Below, one piece after another: positions 7,340 through 15,877 of a DNA stretch of 64,000 nt; the stretch's first letter is position 1; each line of letters starts with the position of its first letter. A program made the translations under genes and the position numbers. Under the pieces are notes generated by a model, which was not told the DNA's origin, did no database searches, and was given only the letters and a program-made list of their open reading frames with translations. Origin of the DNA: Gammaproteobacteria bacterium (GTDB taxonomy: Bacteria; Pseudomonadota; Gammaproteobacteria; BMS3Bbin11); the NCBI GenBank assembly GCA_013150915.1, contig JAADJE010000001.1:30575-94574 (forward strand), in the 5' to 3' direction.

Positions 7340-8425
7340 TTATCCCTTAGCCCTTGCCTCAAGATAAGCCTGCTCAGAAATCTTGTGCCAACTGATGACT
7401 TTATCGCGATAAGGTTTGAATGACTGATATACCTTTGCTGAAAAAGGATCCCTGTCAGCCAGTTCTTCGACAACCTGATCAGACAATTTTTTTAATTCCG
7501 ATAAAACATCATCCGGGAATTTTCTCAGATCTACCTTATGTTTATTGACCAGTGTCTGTAATGCATCATTATTCCGTGTGGTGTACTCAGCCAGCATGTC
7601 CTGGTTTGCCACACGACAGGCATTCATTACAATCACCTGCAAGTCAGCTGGCAGGCTCTTCAATGCCTTCTTGTTGATAATGGCCTCAAGTGTTGTGCCA
7701 GGCTCGTGCCAGCCAGGGTAGTAGTAATATTTTGCTGCCTTATAAAAACCGAAGGCCAGATCATTATATGGCCCGACCCATTCTGTTGCATCGATAGTGC
7801 CCGACTGCAGGGCTGTAAATAATTCACCGCCCGGCAGGTTCACCGGTGTTCCTCCGGCCCTCTTTAATACCTCTCCACCCAGCCCAGGGATGCGCATCTT
7901 GAGGCCTTTTAAATCGCTAACGCTGTTGATTTCCTTATTGAACCAGCCACCCATCTGCACGCCGGTATTGCCTGTCGCAGCAGGAACCAGACCAAACTGA
8001 TCATACAGTTCTGTCCACAACTCCATGCCACCACCATGATAAAGCCATCCATTCATTTCCTGTGCCGTCAAGCCAAAAGGAACGGCAGAAAAAAACTGTG
8101 TTGCCTCACTTTTTCCTTTCCAGTAATAGGCACCGCTATGGCCCATTTCTGCGGTACCCTCATAAACGGCATCGAAGACTTCCAGTGCAGGCACCAGTTC
8201 CTTTGCGCCATAAACCTTGACCTTCAAGCGGCCACCACTCATCTCACCAATTAATTTTGCCAGAAAATTGGCGCCCGTTCCCAGTCCGGGAAAATTCTTG
8301 GGCCAGGATGTGACCATCTTCCACTGGATCGTTGAACCCGCATGAACAGCTGGCGCGGCTAGCACCGTACTACCCAGTGCGGCACCCGCCAGGCTGGATG
8401 TCTTTATAAAATCACGTCTTTTCAT
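7340..8425 (-). CDS. TRAP transporter substrate-binding protein (DctP-type) with a Tat-like signal
   Basis: MKRRDFIKTSSLAGAALGSTVLAAPAVHA twin-arginine leader. The ~330-aa mature domain is typical of TRAP solute receptors. No dctQ/dctM lies adjacent. Confidence 0.8.
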   Translation of the reverse strand: MKRRDFIKTSSLAGAALGSTVLAAPAVHAGSTIQWKMVTSWPKNFPGLGTGANFLAKLIGEMSGGRLKVKVYGAKELVPALEVFDAVYEGTAEMGHSGAYYWKGKSEATQFFSAVPFGLTAQEMNGWLYHGGGMELWTELYDQFGLVPAATGNTGVQMGGWFNKEINSVSDLKGLKMRIPGLGGEVLKRAGGTPVNLPGGELFTALQSGTIDATEWVGPYNDLAFGFYKAAKYYYYPGWHEPGTTLEAIINKKALKSLPADLQVIVMNACRVANQDMLAEYTTRNNDALQTLVNKHKVDLRKFPDDVLSELKKLSDQVVEELADRDPFSAKVYQSFKPYRDKVISWHKISEQAYLEARAKG

Positions 8426-8445
8426 GTTTACTCTCTTGAGGGCGA

Positions 8446-8591
8446 CTCGAATGACTCACAAACAGGTCAGATTGAGGTTCAAATCATGACATATCAAGGC
8501 TCGGATCGCACGTGAGCGAACCTTTGCGAAGGTTCGAAACGAAGAGATAGCATAATTTGGACTCAAGGTGCATGACTGTAAATCATTCGAG
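8446..8591. mobile_element. Divergent MITE-like element related to the 23652/61053 family
   Basis: Termini CTCGAATGA...TCATTCGAG (9-bp inverted). The internal core CGCACGTGAGCGAACCTTTGCGAAGGTTCGAAACGAAG aligns with CGCACGTAATAGCTGGCTATTGCGAAGGTTTCCAACGAAA of copy A. Confidence 0.45.
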
Positions 8592-8600
8592 CTGCCCTTG

Positions 8601-9371
8601 TTAGGGCTTAATACAGATGCTATTTTTCTCTTTTTCGGACTGGGCGACAGCCAACTCAACCCTATCCAGAAAACTTTGCAGGTCTTCACCACGATGGAAT
8701 TCTGTCATACCTATCCATACAGAGACCCTATGAGTGGTATTAGTCATGCCTTTTTCAAGATTCTCACGCAGCCTGTCTGCGACAATAGTGGCACCGGCTA
8801 TATCGGATTCGGGAAGCAGCGCCATAAACATGTTGTCTCTAAAACGCCCAATACGATCCGGCATTCTCAGGGATTCTGTCATTAAGCCCGCCGTGTTGAT
8901 CATTACATCTCCTGCATCCGTTTCTTCCAGGCTGTCAATACCATCAATCTTAATCAACCCTATGGAAAGCTTATGCCCATAGCGATCTGCCAGGGCCATT
9001 AGCTCAAGTATGCTAATAGTAAGGCCACGTTCGTTTGATGTTCGCGTAAGGGGATCAATATTGGGCCATTGCTTGAGTTCATCTTCTTTAACATCTTCCT
9101 CAATATTTTCAGGATCAAGCTCATCCCCTACAGATTCCACCGCCTCCTGGGATCCATTTTTTCGTCCAAAGATAAAAAAGATGCCTGCCGCAACTAACAA
9201 CAAACGCAGAATACTTTTCACCAGGTCTTCTATATTGGCGTCCATACCTACCAGCAGTCCATATAGATATATAACTAATTCTGCGACAATTACTATCAGC
9301 AATATTTTGATAATAAATGCGAGCAGACAACTACCATTTTTATTCTTTTTTCTGCAGATTAAATCAATCAT
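8601..9371 (-). CDS. Membrane protein with a degenerate GGDEF domain
   Basis: Two N-terminal TM helices and an acidic linker. The GGDEF fold begins DPLTRTSNERG, but the active-site GG(D/E)EF is replaced by FRDNMF. ATG at 9371 is chosen because the longer ORF would overlap the uvrD 3' end. Confidence 0.65.
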   Translation of the reverse strand: MIDLICRKKNKNGSCLLAFIIKILLIVIVAELVIYLYGLLVGMDANIEDLVKSILRLLLVAAGIFFIFGRKNGSQEAVESVGDELDPENIEEDVKEDELKQWPNIDPLTRTSNERGLTISILELMALADRYGHKLSIGLIKIDGIDSLEETDAGDVMINTAGLMTESLRMPDRIGRFRDNMFMALLPESDIAGATIVADRLRENLEKGMTNTTHRVSVWIGMTEFHRGEDLQSFLDRVELAVAQSEKEKNSICIKP

Positions 9372-9382
9372 TTTACTCCCCC

Positions 9383-11533
9383 TCATAAACGAGTTAGTCG
9401 GGCAAAAGACAGAACCAGCCATTTAACCCCGGCTGACTCAAAATTTACCTGTGCGCGTGTATGCTCTCCCTTTCCTTCTATATTCATGACAACCCCTTCA
9501 CCGAATTTATCATGCCTTACCCTCGTGCCCAGTGAGAAGCCAGTAGCTAACGGATCCACATCCTGTGCGCGCCAGGTTGACTGGAAGCCGCCACCACGCG
9601 TCCTGATCTCCTTTAATGCCTCTGCGGGTATCTCTTTCAGAAACCGTGAAGGTGATGTGTAATTTTCACGTCCATACAATCTTCGCACTTCGGCGTAGCT
9701 AATATAAAGTTGTTTCATGGCGCGTGTCATTCCAACATAGCAAAGCCTGCGCTCTTCTTCCAGACGTGTGGGATCATTTAGCGCATGCTGAGAAGGAAAC
9801 AGGCCTTCTTCCATGCCGGAAAGAAAAACCATCGGAAATTCCAGCCCTTTTGCAGCATGTAGACTCATCAACTGCACACAATCTTCCCATGCCTCTGCCT
9901 GACCTTCTCCAGCTTCCAGTGCCGCATGCGCAAGAAAGGCTGACAACGGATCCATTTCCACTTCTTCGTCCCGGTAATAGTTTCTCGCAGCGGTCACCAG
10001 CTCTTTCAGGTTTTCAACACGAGTCTCGGCCTTTTCACCCTTCGCATTACCATGAAACTCAAGTAACCCTGACTGAGCCAGCACCTGTTCTACCTGCTCA
10101 TGCAACACCAGACCCATCATCTGTGCCGAGAGTACATCAATCATTTCAAGAAACACGCGTAAGGCATTACTGGCACGTGCAGTAAGTAGATCCTCCTGCA
10201 GCAGTGAGGTGGCTGCCTGCCACATCGTTATGCCGGATGTTCTGGCCTTTTGCCTGACAATATCCAGCGTACGGTTACCGATACCCCGGGTCGGCACATT
10301 AACGATGCGCTCAAAAGAGGTATCATCCTCATGATTTAGACATAGGCGTAAATAGGACAATGCATCCTTTATTTCCGATCGCTCAAAAAAACGCGGGCCG
10401 CCATAAACACGATAGGGAACCGCCGCATTGAACAGGGCCTCTTCAAAACTACGGCTCTGGGCGTTGGAGCGATAGAGGATGGCAACCTCGGAACGTAAAT
10501 TTCCCTCATTAACCCATACCCGTATGCAGTCGACCGTAAAACGTGCTTCATCGACTTCATTGAAGGCGGCATAAAGCTTGATCTTTTCACCCTCTTCACC
10601 GTCCGTCCAGAGGGTCTTGCCCATTCGGGCTTCATTCCGGCTGATCACGGCATTGGCCGCATTCAGGATAGTCGAGGTCGAGCGATAATTCTGCTCGAGG
10701 CGCACCATCTCGGTTCCACGAAAATCCTTTTCAAACTTCCGGATATTCTCAACCTGTGCACCACGCCAGCTGTAGATCGACTGGTCATCATCACCAACCA
10801 CCATAATATGGGACTGTGACCCAACAAATTCTTTTAACCAGCGATACTGTATGCTATTGGTGTCCTGAAATTCATCCACCAACACAGCACGAAAACGTTC
10901 ACGGTACTGAAGACGTAACACTTCATTGTTGTGCATCATCTCCCATGTGCGTAATAACAGTTCGGCAAAATCTACCAACCCTGACCGCTGACAATGCACT
11001 TCATATTCCCTGTACACCTTCACCCATTGCTGCTGCTGGGGATCCGGCCCAACATGCACATCGGCGGCCCGCCGTCCTGCCTCCTTTTGATGATTTATGA
11101 AATACTGCCCCTGTTTGGGCTGCCAGTATGAATCATCCAGTTCCATGTTTTTTATGACACGCTTGACTACGCGCAGTTGATCATCGCTGTCAATAATTTG
11201 AAAATTTTGCGGCAGCCCAGCCTCCCGCCAGTGACTACGAAGCATTCTGTGAGACAGGCCATGGAAGGTACCCATCCACATGCCACCCACTGGAAAACCC
11301 AGCATCTGCTCGATTCGACCACGCATTTCACTGGCCGCTTTGTTGGTGAAAGTAACGGCCAGTATTGATAAAGGTGAGTAAGAATAGGCCTGTACCAGCC
11401 AGGCCACACGGTGTGTCAGCACACGTGTCTTACCACTACCTGCCCCGGCAAGTACCAGTAATGGCCCTTCTTCTGCAGCAACGGCCTTGCGTTGCGGTTC
11501 ATTCAGTCCATCGAGTAAGTGTGATACATCCAT
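9383..11533 (-). CDS. uvrD: DNA helicase II (UvrD)
   Basis: 716 aa. LNEPQRKAV..AGAGSGKTRVLTHRVAWL Walker A, the SF1 motifs throughout, and the UvrD-type C-terminal domain (GTRVRHDKFGEGVV). Confidence 0.9.
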   Translation of the reverse strand: MDVSHLLDGLNEPQRKAVAAEEGPLLVLAGAGSGKTRVLTHRVAWLVQAYSYSPLSILAVTFTNKAASEMRGRIEQMLGFPVGGMWMGTFHGLSHRMLRSHWREAGLPQNFQIIDSDDQLRVVKRVIKNMELDDSYWQPKQGQYFINHQKEAGRRAADVHVGPDPQQQQWVKVYREYEVHCQRSGLVDFAELLLRTWEMMHNNEVLRLQYRERFRAVLVDEFQDTNSIQYRWLKEFVGSQSHIMVVGDDDQSIYSWRGAQVENIRKFEKDFRGTEMVRLEQNYRSTSTILNAANAVISRNEARMGKTLWTDGEEGEKIKLYAAFNEVDEARFTVDCIRVWVNEGNLRSEVAILYRSNAQSRSFEEALFNAAVPYRVYGGPRFFERSEIKDALSYLRLCLNHEDDTSFERIVNVPTRGIGNRTLDIVRQKARTSGITMWQAATSLLQEDLLTARASNALRVFLEMIDVLSAQMMGLVLHEQVEQVLAQSGLLEFHGNAKGEKAETRVENLKELVTAARNYYRDEEVEMDPLSAFLAHAALEAGEGQAEAWEDCVQLMSLHAAKGLEFPMVFLSGMEEGLFPSQHALNDPTRLEEERRLCYVGMTRAMKQLYISYAEVRRLYGRENYTSPSRFLKEIPAEALKEIRTRGGGFQSTWRAQDVDPLATGFSLGTRVRHDKFGEGVVMNIEGKGEHTRAQVNFESAGVKWLVLSFARLTRL

Positions 11534-11889
11534 CTAATGTTGTGCTTAGTGAAAAATATGAATTATCTTTATAGTTGGGGGAGGAACAGTTTTGTGACTC
11601 TCGTTTATAATACACTCTATTGGGAGAGATTATATCTCACTCGTCTCTTAGGAGCGACGCCACTGTGTCGGGTAAAATAATGCAAGAGGACAGGACAGTT
11701 CCTACAATCGGTACCCGGACCAGCATAGGAAAACTCTACTTTTTTCGACGTTGCGAAAAATGTAATGACGAAGCAGCCTCTAACTGCTTGATTATAGTGT
11801 ATGCGCTTGCCGCACCCTGATGCTCGTGATCACAGGAAATATCCGAAGGGTGCAACAATAGGATTTTTCAGGATCACTTTCTAACTTAA

Positions 11890-12657
11890 CTACTCTGACT
11901 TTTCCAGCTGCATCTCAATAATGATGAAGTGTGCTTTATCAGAGGCAAGTGTAAACTTCATATTGGCCTGACCATATATCTTCAATGAGTCACGTTCTTT
12001 TAGTGTGGGATATTGATTTGTATCTATGCTTCCTTCAAAGCAGAAGATATAGGCCTGCCGGCCTTCATTTAAAATGAAGGATATGCTCTTATCTACTGCT
12101 GTTAATTCAGATACATAGACATTTATATCTTGACAAACATACAGTGGGGCAAGGCCTTTGTTTTCTGATCCGGATATAATTTGTAACAATTTATTATTTC
12201 TGTCTTCGAAAGAAAACCTATGGAGATCATACCTAACAGGTAGATTTTTTTCCTTTGGTAAAATCCATATCTGAAGAAAACGACACCAGTCATCCTGCTC
12301 ATTCAACTCAGAATGCATCACGCCCGTCCCCGCTGAAATACACTGTACATGTCCACGACTAAGGATTTCATGGTTGCCTGCACTGTCACGATGTGTAAGT
12401 TTCCCGGCAACAATATAACTAAAGATCTCCATATTATGGTGAGGATGCGTACCAAAACCGCTGTTGGGCTTTACGTTATCATCATTTATTACTCTTAATA
12501 CTCCAAAATTTATATTATTAGGATCATGATAATTAGCAAACGAAAAATGAAAATATGTATTCGCCGGATGCATATCGCTGGCTTTCATATAGTAAAGATC
12601 TTCAGCATTTATTTTTTTGTATCTCTTTGTCATTTTCCTCTTTCCTTTCGCTTGCAT
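11890..12657 (-). CDS. Pirin-family protein (YhhW-like)
   Basis: HFSFANYHDPNNINFGVLRVINDD..GFGTHPHHNMEIFSYIV..ISAGTGVMHSE cupin metal motifs. The start is probably an internal ATG (12633 or 12588). Confidence 0.85.
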   Translation of the reverse strand: MQAKGKRKMTKRYKKINAEDLYYMKASDMHPANTYFHFSFANYHDPNNINFGVLRVINDDNVKPNSGFGTHPHHNMEIFSYIVAGKLTHRDSAGNHEILSRGHVQCISAGTGVMHSELNEQDDWCRFLQIWILPKEKNLPVRYDLHRFSFEDRNNKLLQIISGSENKGLAPLYVCQDINVYVSELTAVDKSISFILNEGRQAYIFCFEGSIDTNQYPTLKERDSLKIYGQANMKFTLASDKAHFIIIEMQLEKSE

Positions 12658-12937
12658 TATGGAGGACTAACGAAAATAGCAAACGTTAGTATTTTTTGCC
12701 GTGCCCCTGACCGCACCTAGGCCGTAATTTCCCCTGTTGATAACAGCAATCCCTTTCATCCCTGAATCCCAAGTGCCAATGAGTTCTATCGTAAAAAAGT
12801 TTGTTATTTGAAGCACCAAAATGGTATTCGGGATTTCTCTGTGCACATTTTGTTGCCACCATTCTGATAAGAATATCAGCCTAATCGGTAGCACAGTTTG
12901 CATCTGTTGGTATTGACATTATTGTTTGCACTGACAC

Positions 12938-13540
12938 TCAAAAACTGTCTGATATTACTACCTCATCCAGCGCTAATTGCCCTGGCCTTGGCCATGCATC
13001 TTTGGTTCCCTTACCAATGGCAACAAACATTGCAATGACATGATCGTCAGGAAGCCTGATAAGTTTGGCCACTTCGTCAAAGTCAAAACCGTCCATTGGG
13101 CAGGAATCATATCCCAATGATTTTGCCACCAACATCAGCGTTTGAGCAGCAATTCCGCATGATCTCATCGCCTCATCGCGCTGAACCTGATCTTTATCAC
13201 GGTAATAACTGTCGATGGCGGGTAATACGAAATCCTGAATATCTTTATCTGTATTTTTCCAATAACGAAGGGGCTGTTTTTCCCAGGCCTTTAAGTCAGC
13301 ACAAAGAACGATAAACAGGGAAGCATCCGTCACCTGCGCCTGATCCCAGGAGACAGCACGTATTTTTTGTCTTAGCTCGGGCTCACGCACAACAACAAAG
13401 CGCCAGTTCTGAATATTAAAGGCCGTCGGAGACAAAACAGCCAGTGAAAGCAATGTCGTTACGTCTTCTTCCTGTATTTGATGGTTAGGGTCAAAATGCT
13501 TAATTGCCCGTCGTTTCCTAATTGCGTCTTCCGTTTTCAT
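12938..13540 (-). CDS. Nitroreductase-family NAD(P)H oxidoreductase
   Basis: RRAIKHFD..LSPTAFNIQNWRFVVV..QTLMLVAKSLGYDSCPMDGFD, the typical nitroreductase fold. Confidence 0.85.
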   Translation of the reverse strand: MKTEDAIRKRRAIKHFDPNHQIQEEDVTTLLSLAVLSPTAFNIQNWRFVVVREPELRQKIRAVSWDQAQVTDASLFIVLCADLKAWEKQPLRYWKNTDKDIQDFVLPAIDSYYRDKDQVQRDEAMRSCGIAAQTLMLVAKSLGYDSCPMDGFDFDEVAKLIRLPDDHVIAMFVAIGKGTKDAWPRPGQLALDEVVISDSF

Positions 13541-13655
13541 ATTTTTCTTCCTCTATTCAAGCTTTAAAGAAGACAGAAGGATATACTATAACTTACTGGA
13601 TCGTAAGTACGCACATAAATGTGATATAGTATCAATCTGTATACCACTTACAGGT

Positions 13656-14021
13656 ATGAACAAGATTATGAAAGATGGAAACAACGCAGGCTGCAGTTTT
13701 ATTTGCCCCATTCAAGCCGCGACAGAGGTCATTGGAGGGAAGTGGAAAGCACACATTCTTTATCACCTGCAAGGTGGCACTAAACGTTTCAATGAGTTGA
13801 AACGTCTGCTTCCCGGTGTTACGCAAAGAATGCTAACAAAACAACTGCGGGAACTGGAAGCCGATCAAATTATACATAGAAAAATTTTTGCAGAAGTTCC
13901 TCCCAAGGTTGAATACTCCATAACAGAATTTGGGCTAACACTCGCCCCATCGCTTAGGGCACTTCAGGAATGGGGGGCTGAATATCTGGAAAAATTAACC
14001 AGTATCCGCAATCAACCCTAG
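13656..14021 (+). CDS. HxlR-family winged-helix transcriptional regulator
   Basis: CPIQAATEVIGGKWKAHILYHL..KRFNELKRLLPGVTQRMLTKQLRELEAD..VEYSITEFG. It is divergent from the nitroreductase gene. Confidence 0.85.
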   Translation: MNKIMKDGNNAGCSFICPIQAATEVIGGKWKAHILYHLQGGTKRFNELKRLLPGVTQRMLTKQLRELEADQIIHRKIFAEVPPKVEYSITEFGLTLAPSLRALQEWGAEYLEKLTSIRNQP

Positions 14022-14038
14022 GCGGGAAAGGCTGTTTC

Positions 14039-15874
14039 TTACTCTACTGTCACTGATTTTGCCAGGTTGCGTGGCTTGTCAACATCTGTCCCCTTTATTA
14101 AGGCCACACGATAGGCAAGCAGCTGCAACGGAATGGTGAATATTATCGGCGCAATAATATCGTCAACGGGTGCAACTTCTATAACAGTAAGGCCGTCCTT
14201 TTCCTTGAAGCCTGTGGCGGGATCGGCAAAAACGATCAACTCACCACCTCTTGCCCTGACTTCCTGAATATTCGATTTCAATTTTTGTAATAATTCATTA
14301 TTTGGTGCGACGGCGATAACAGGTACCTCGTTATCTATCAGTGCCAACGGTCCGTGCTTAAGCTCCCCAGCCGGATAGGCCTCTGCATGAATATAGGAGA
14401 TTTCTTTAAGCTTCAATGCACCTTCCATTGCGATAGGAAAATGTGTCCCCCTACCGAGGAACAGGGCATGTTTCTTGTGAGCAAACTTTTCAGCAATTAC
14501 AGTAATTTCTGTATCCAGTTCAAGTGCCTCAGCTATTTTCACGGGGAGGCTCCTCAATTCCCTGACTATCCTCTCCTCCTGCTCATGGGTCATCGAATTG
14601 CGCTGCCCCAGTGCAATAACTACCTGCATTAACGCAATCAGCTGGGTGGTAAATGCCTTGGTTGATGCCACACCAATCTCAGGGCCAGCGTGTGTTAATA
14701 ACACCATGTCCGATTCACGGGTCAGTGAACTTTCTGCAACATTACATATGCACAGGGAATGCTGGAAACCAATTTCCTTAGCATATTTTAATGCTGCAAG
14801 CGTATCGGCAGTTTCGCCTGATTGTGAAATACTTATCACCAGGCAGTTTTCCGGTACGACATGAGAGCGATAACGAAACTCACTTGCCACTTCCACTGAT
14901 GTCGCCACACCAGCAAACTCTTCCAGCCAGTGCCGGGCCACCAGTCCTGCATGATAACTGGTGCCACAGGCAATAATTTGTACGCTGGTAATGGAATCAA
15001 AAATCTCATCGGCTTCATGACCGAAAGTTGCGGCAAGTAAACGATTACCTGATAAGCGGCCTTCCAGTGTGTCAGCGGCGGCTGTGGGCTGTTCGTAGAT
15101 TTCTTTCAGCATGTAGTGACGGTATTCACCCAGCTCAACAGAATCAGAGTTCAACCGACTATGGTGCACTTGCCGGTCAACCTGTTTACCGTTGGTATCC
15201 ACAATCCGTACATTATCGGCTGTAATGCAGGCAACATCACCGTCCTCAAGGAAAATAAACTCACGGGTTTTTGTTAACAGTGCCGCGACATCAGAGGCGA
15301 TGAAGTTTTCACCCTCACACAGTCCGATTACCAAAGGACTGCCCTGGCGGGCCACCACCAGGCAATCAGGCTCCAGATTACTGATCACAGCAAGCGAATA
15401 GGCCCCTTCCAGTTCTTTAATCGTCTGTTGCAGGGCACTGAACAGATCAGCTGAATGCTCAAGATTACTGTGTACCTGATGGACGATCACCTCGGTATCG
15501 GTATTAGAAGTAAATCGATAACCCATTTTTTCCTGAGAGGCCCGTAGAGCCTCATGGTTTTCAATAATGCCGTTATGTACCAGGGCAACGGTTTCATTAC
15601 AGATATGCGGATGGGCATTTTGTTTAGTTGGTTTGCCATGTGTCGCCCAACGCGTATGTGCAATTCCAATATTGCCTCGCACCCTGACATCACTGGTGAC
15701 TTCGTCCTGCAGGGCCTTGACACGCCCGGTAGAGCGCTTACGAAGGATCTCTCCCTGTTCATCAATTAGCGCCAAACCTGCTGAGTCATAACCACGGTAT
15801 TCCAGCCGTTTCAGTCCTTCGAGCAGTGTTCCGGTGACATCATGACCTGAAACACCTGCTATGATTCCGCACAT
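14039..15874 (-). CDS. glmS: Glutamine--fructose-6-phosphate aminotransferase
   Basis: MCGI N-terminal nucleophile, two SIS domains, C-terminal ..AKSVTVE. Confidence 0.97.
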   Translation of the reverse strand: MCGIIAGVSGHDVTGTLLEGLKRLEYRGYDSAGLALIDEQGEILRKRSTGRVKALQDEVTSDVRVRGNIGIAHTRWATHGKPTKQNAHPHICNETVALVHNGIIENHEALRASQEKMGYRFTSNTDTEVIVHQVHSNLEHSADLFSALQQTIKELEGAYSLAVISNLEPDCLVVARQGSPLVIGLCEGENFIASDVAALLTKTREFIFLEDGDVACITADNVRIVDTNGKQVDRQVHHSRLNSDSVELGEYRHYMLKEIYEQPTAAADTLEGRLSGNRLLAATFGHEADEIFDSITSVQIIACGTSYHAGLVARHWLEEFAGVATSVEVASEFRYRSHVVPENCLVISISQSGETADTLAALKYAKEIGFQHSLCICNVAESSLTRESDMVLLTHAGPEIGVASTKAFTTQLIALMQVVIALGQRNSMTHEQEERIVRELRSLPVKIAEALELDTEITVIAEKFAHKKHALFLGRGTHFPIAMEGALKLKEISYIHAEAYPAGELKHGPLALIDNEVPVIAVAPNNELLQKLKSNIQEVRARGGELIVFADPATGFKEKDGLTVIEVAPVDDIIAPIIFTIPLQLLAYRVALIKGTDVDKPRNLAKSVTVE

Positions 15875-15877
15875 AAC

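Noticed and set aside
7086-7367. A 93-aa + strand ORF downstream of the porin gene.
   Set aside because: It runs through the rho-independent terminator and the 17-bp inverted repeat and overlaps the 3' end of the TRAP receptor gene. It is most likely non-coding.
12667-12903. A 78-aa minus-strand ORF between the nitroreductase and pirin genes.
   Set aside because: It has no RBS, a low-complexity hydrophobic/aromatic composition and no recognisable motif. It is probably a spurious ORF in an AT-rich spacer.
13656-14060. A Tn7-like transposon at the glmS 3' end.
   Set aside because: No tnsA-E-like, integrase or transposase ORFs are present, and no obvious terminal 22-bp repeat arrays. Only the positional coincidence remains, and it is mentioned in the islet finding.
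15875-15877. A glmS ribozyme or riboswitch upstream of glmS.
   Set aside because: glmS starts 3 nt after the glmU stop, so there is no leader in which a ribozyme could reside. That element is in any case a Gram-positive feature.
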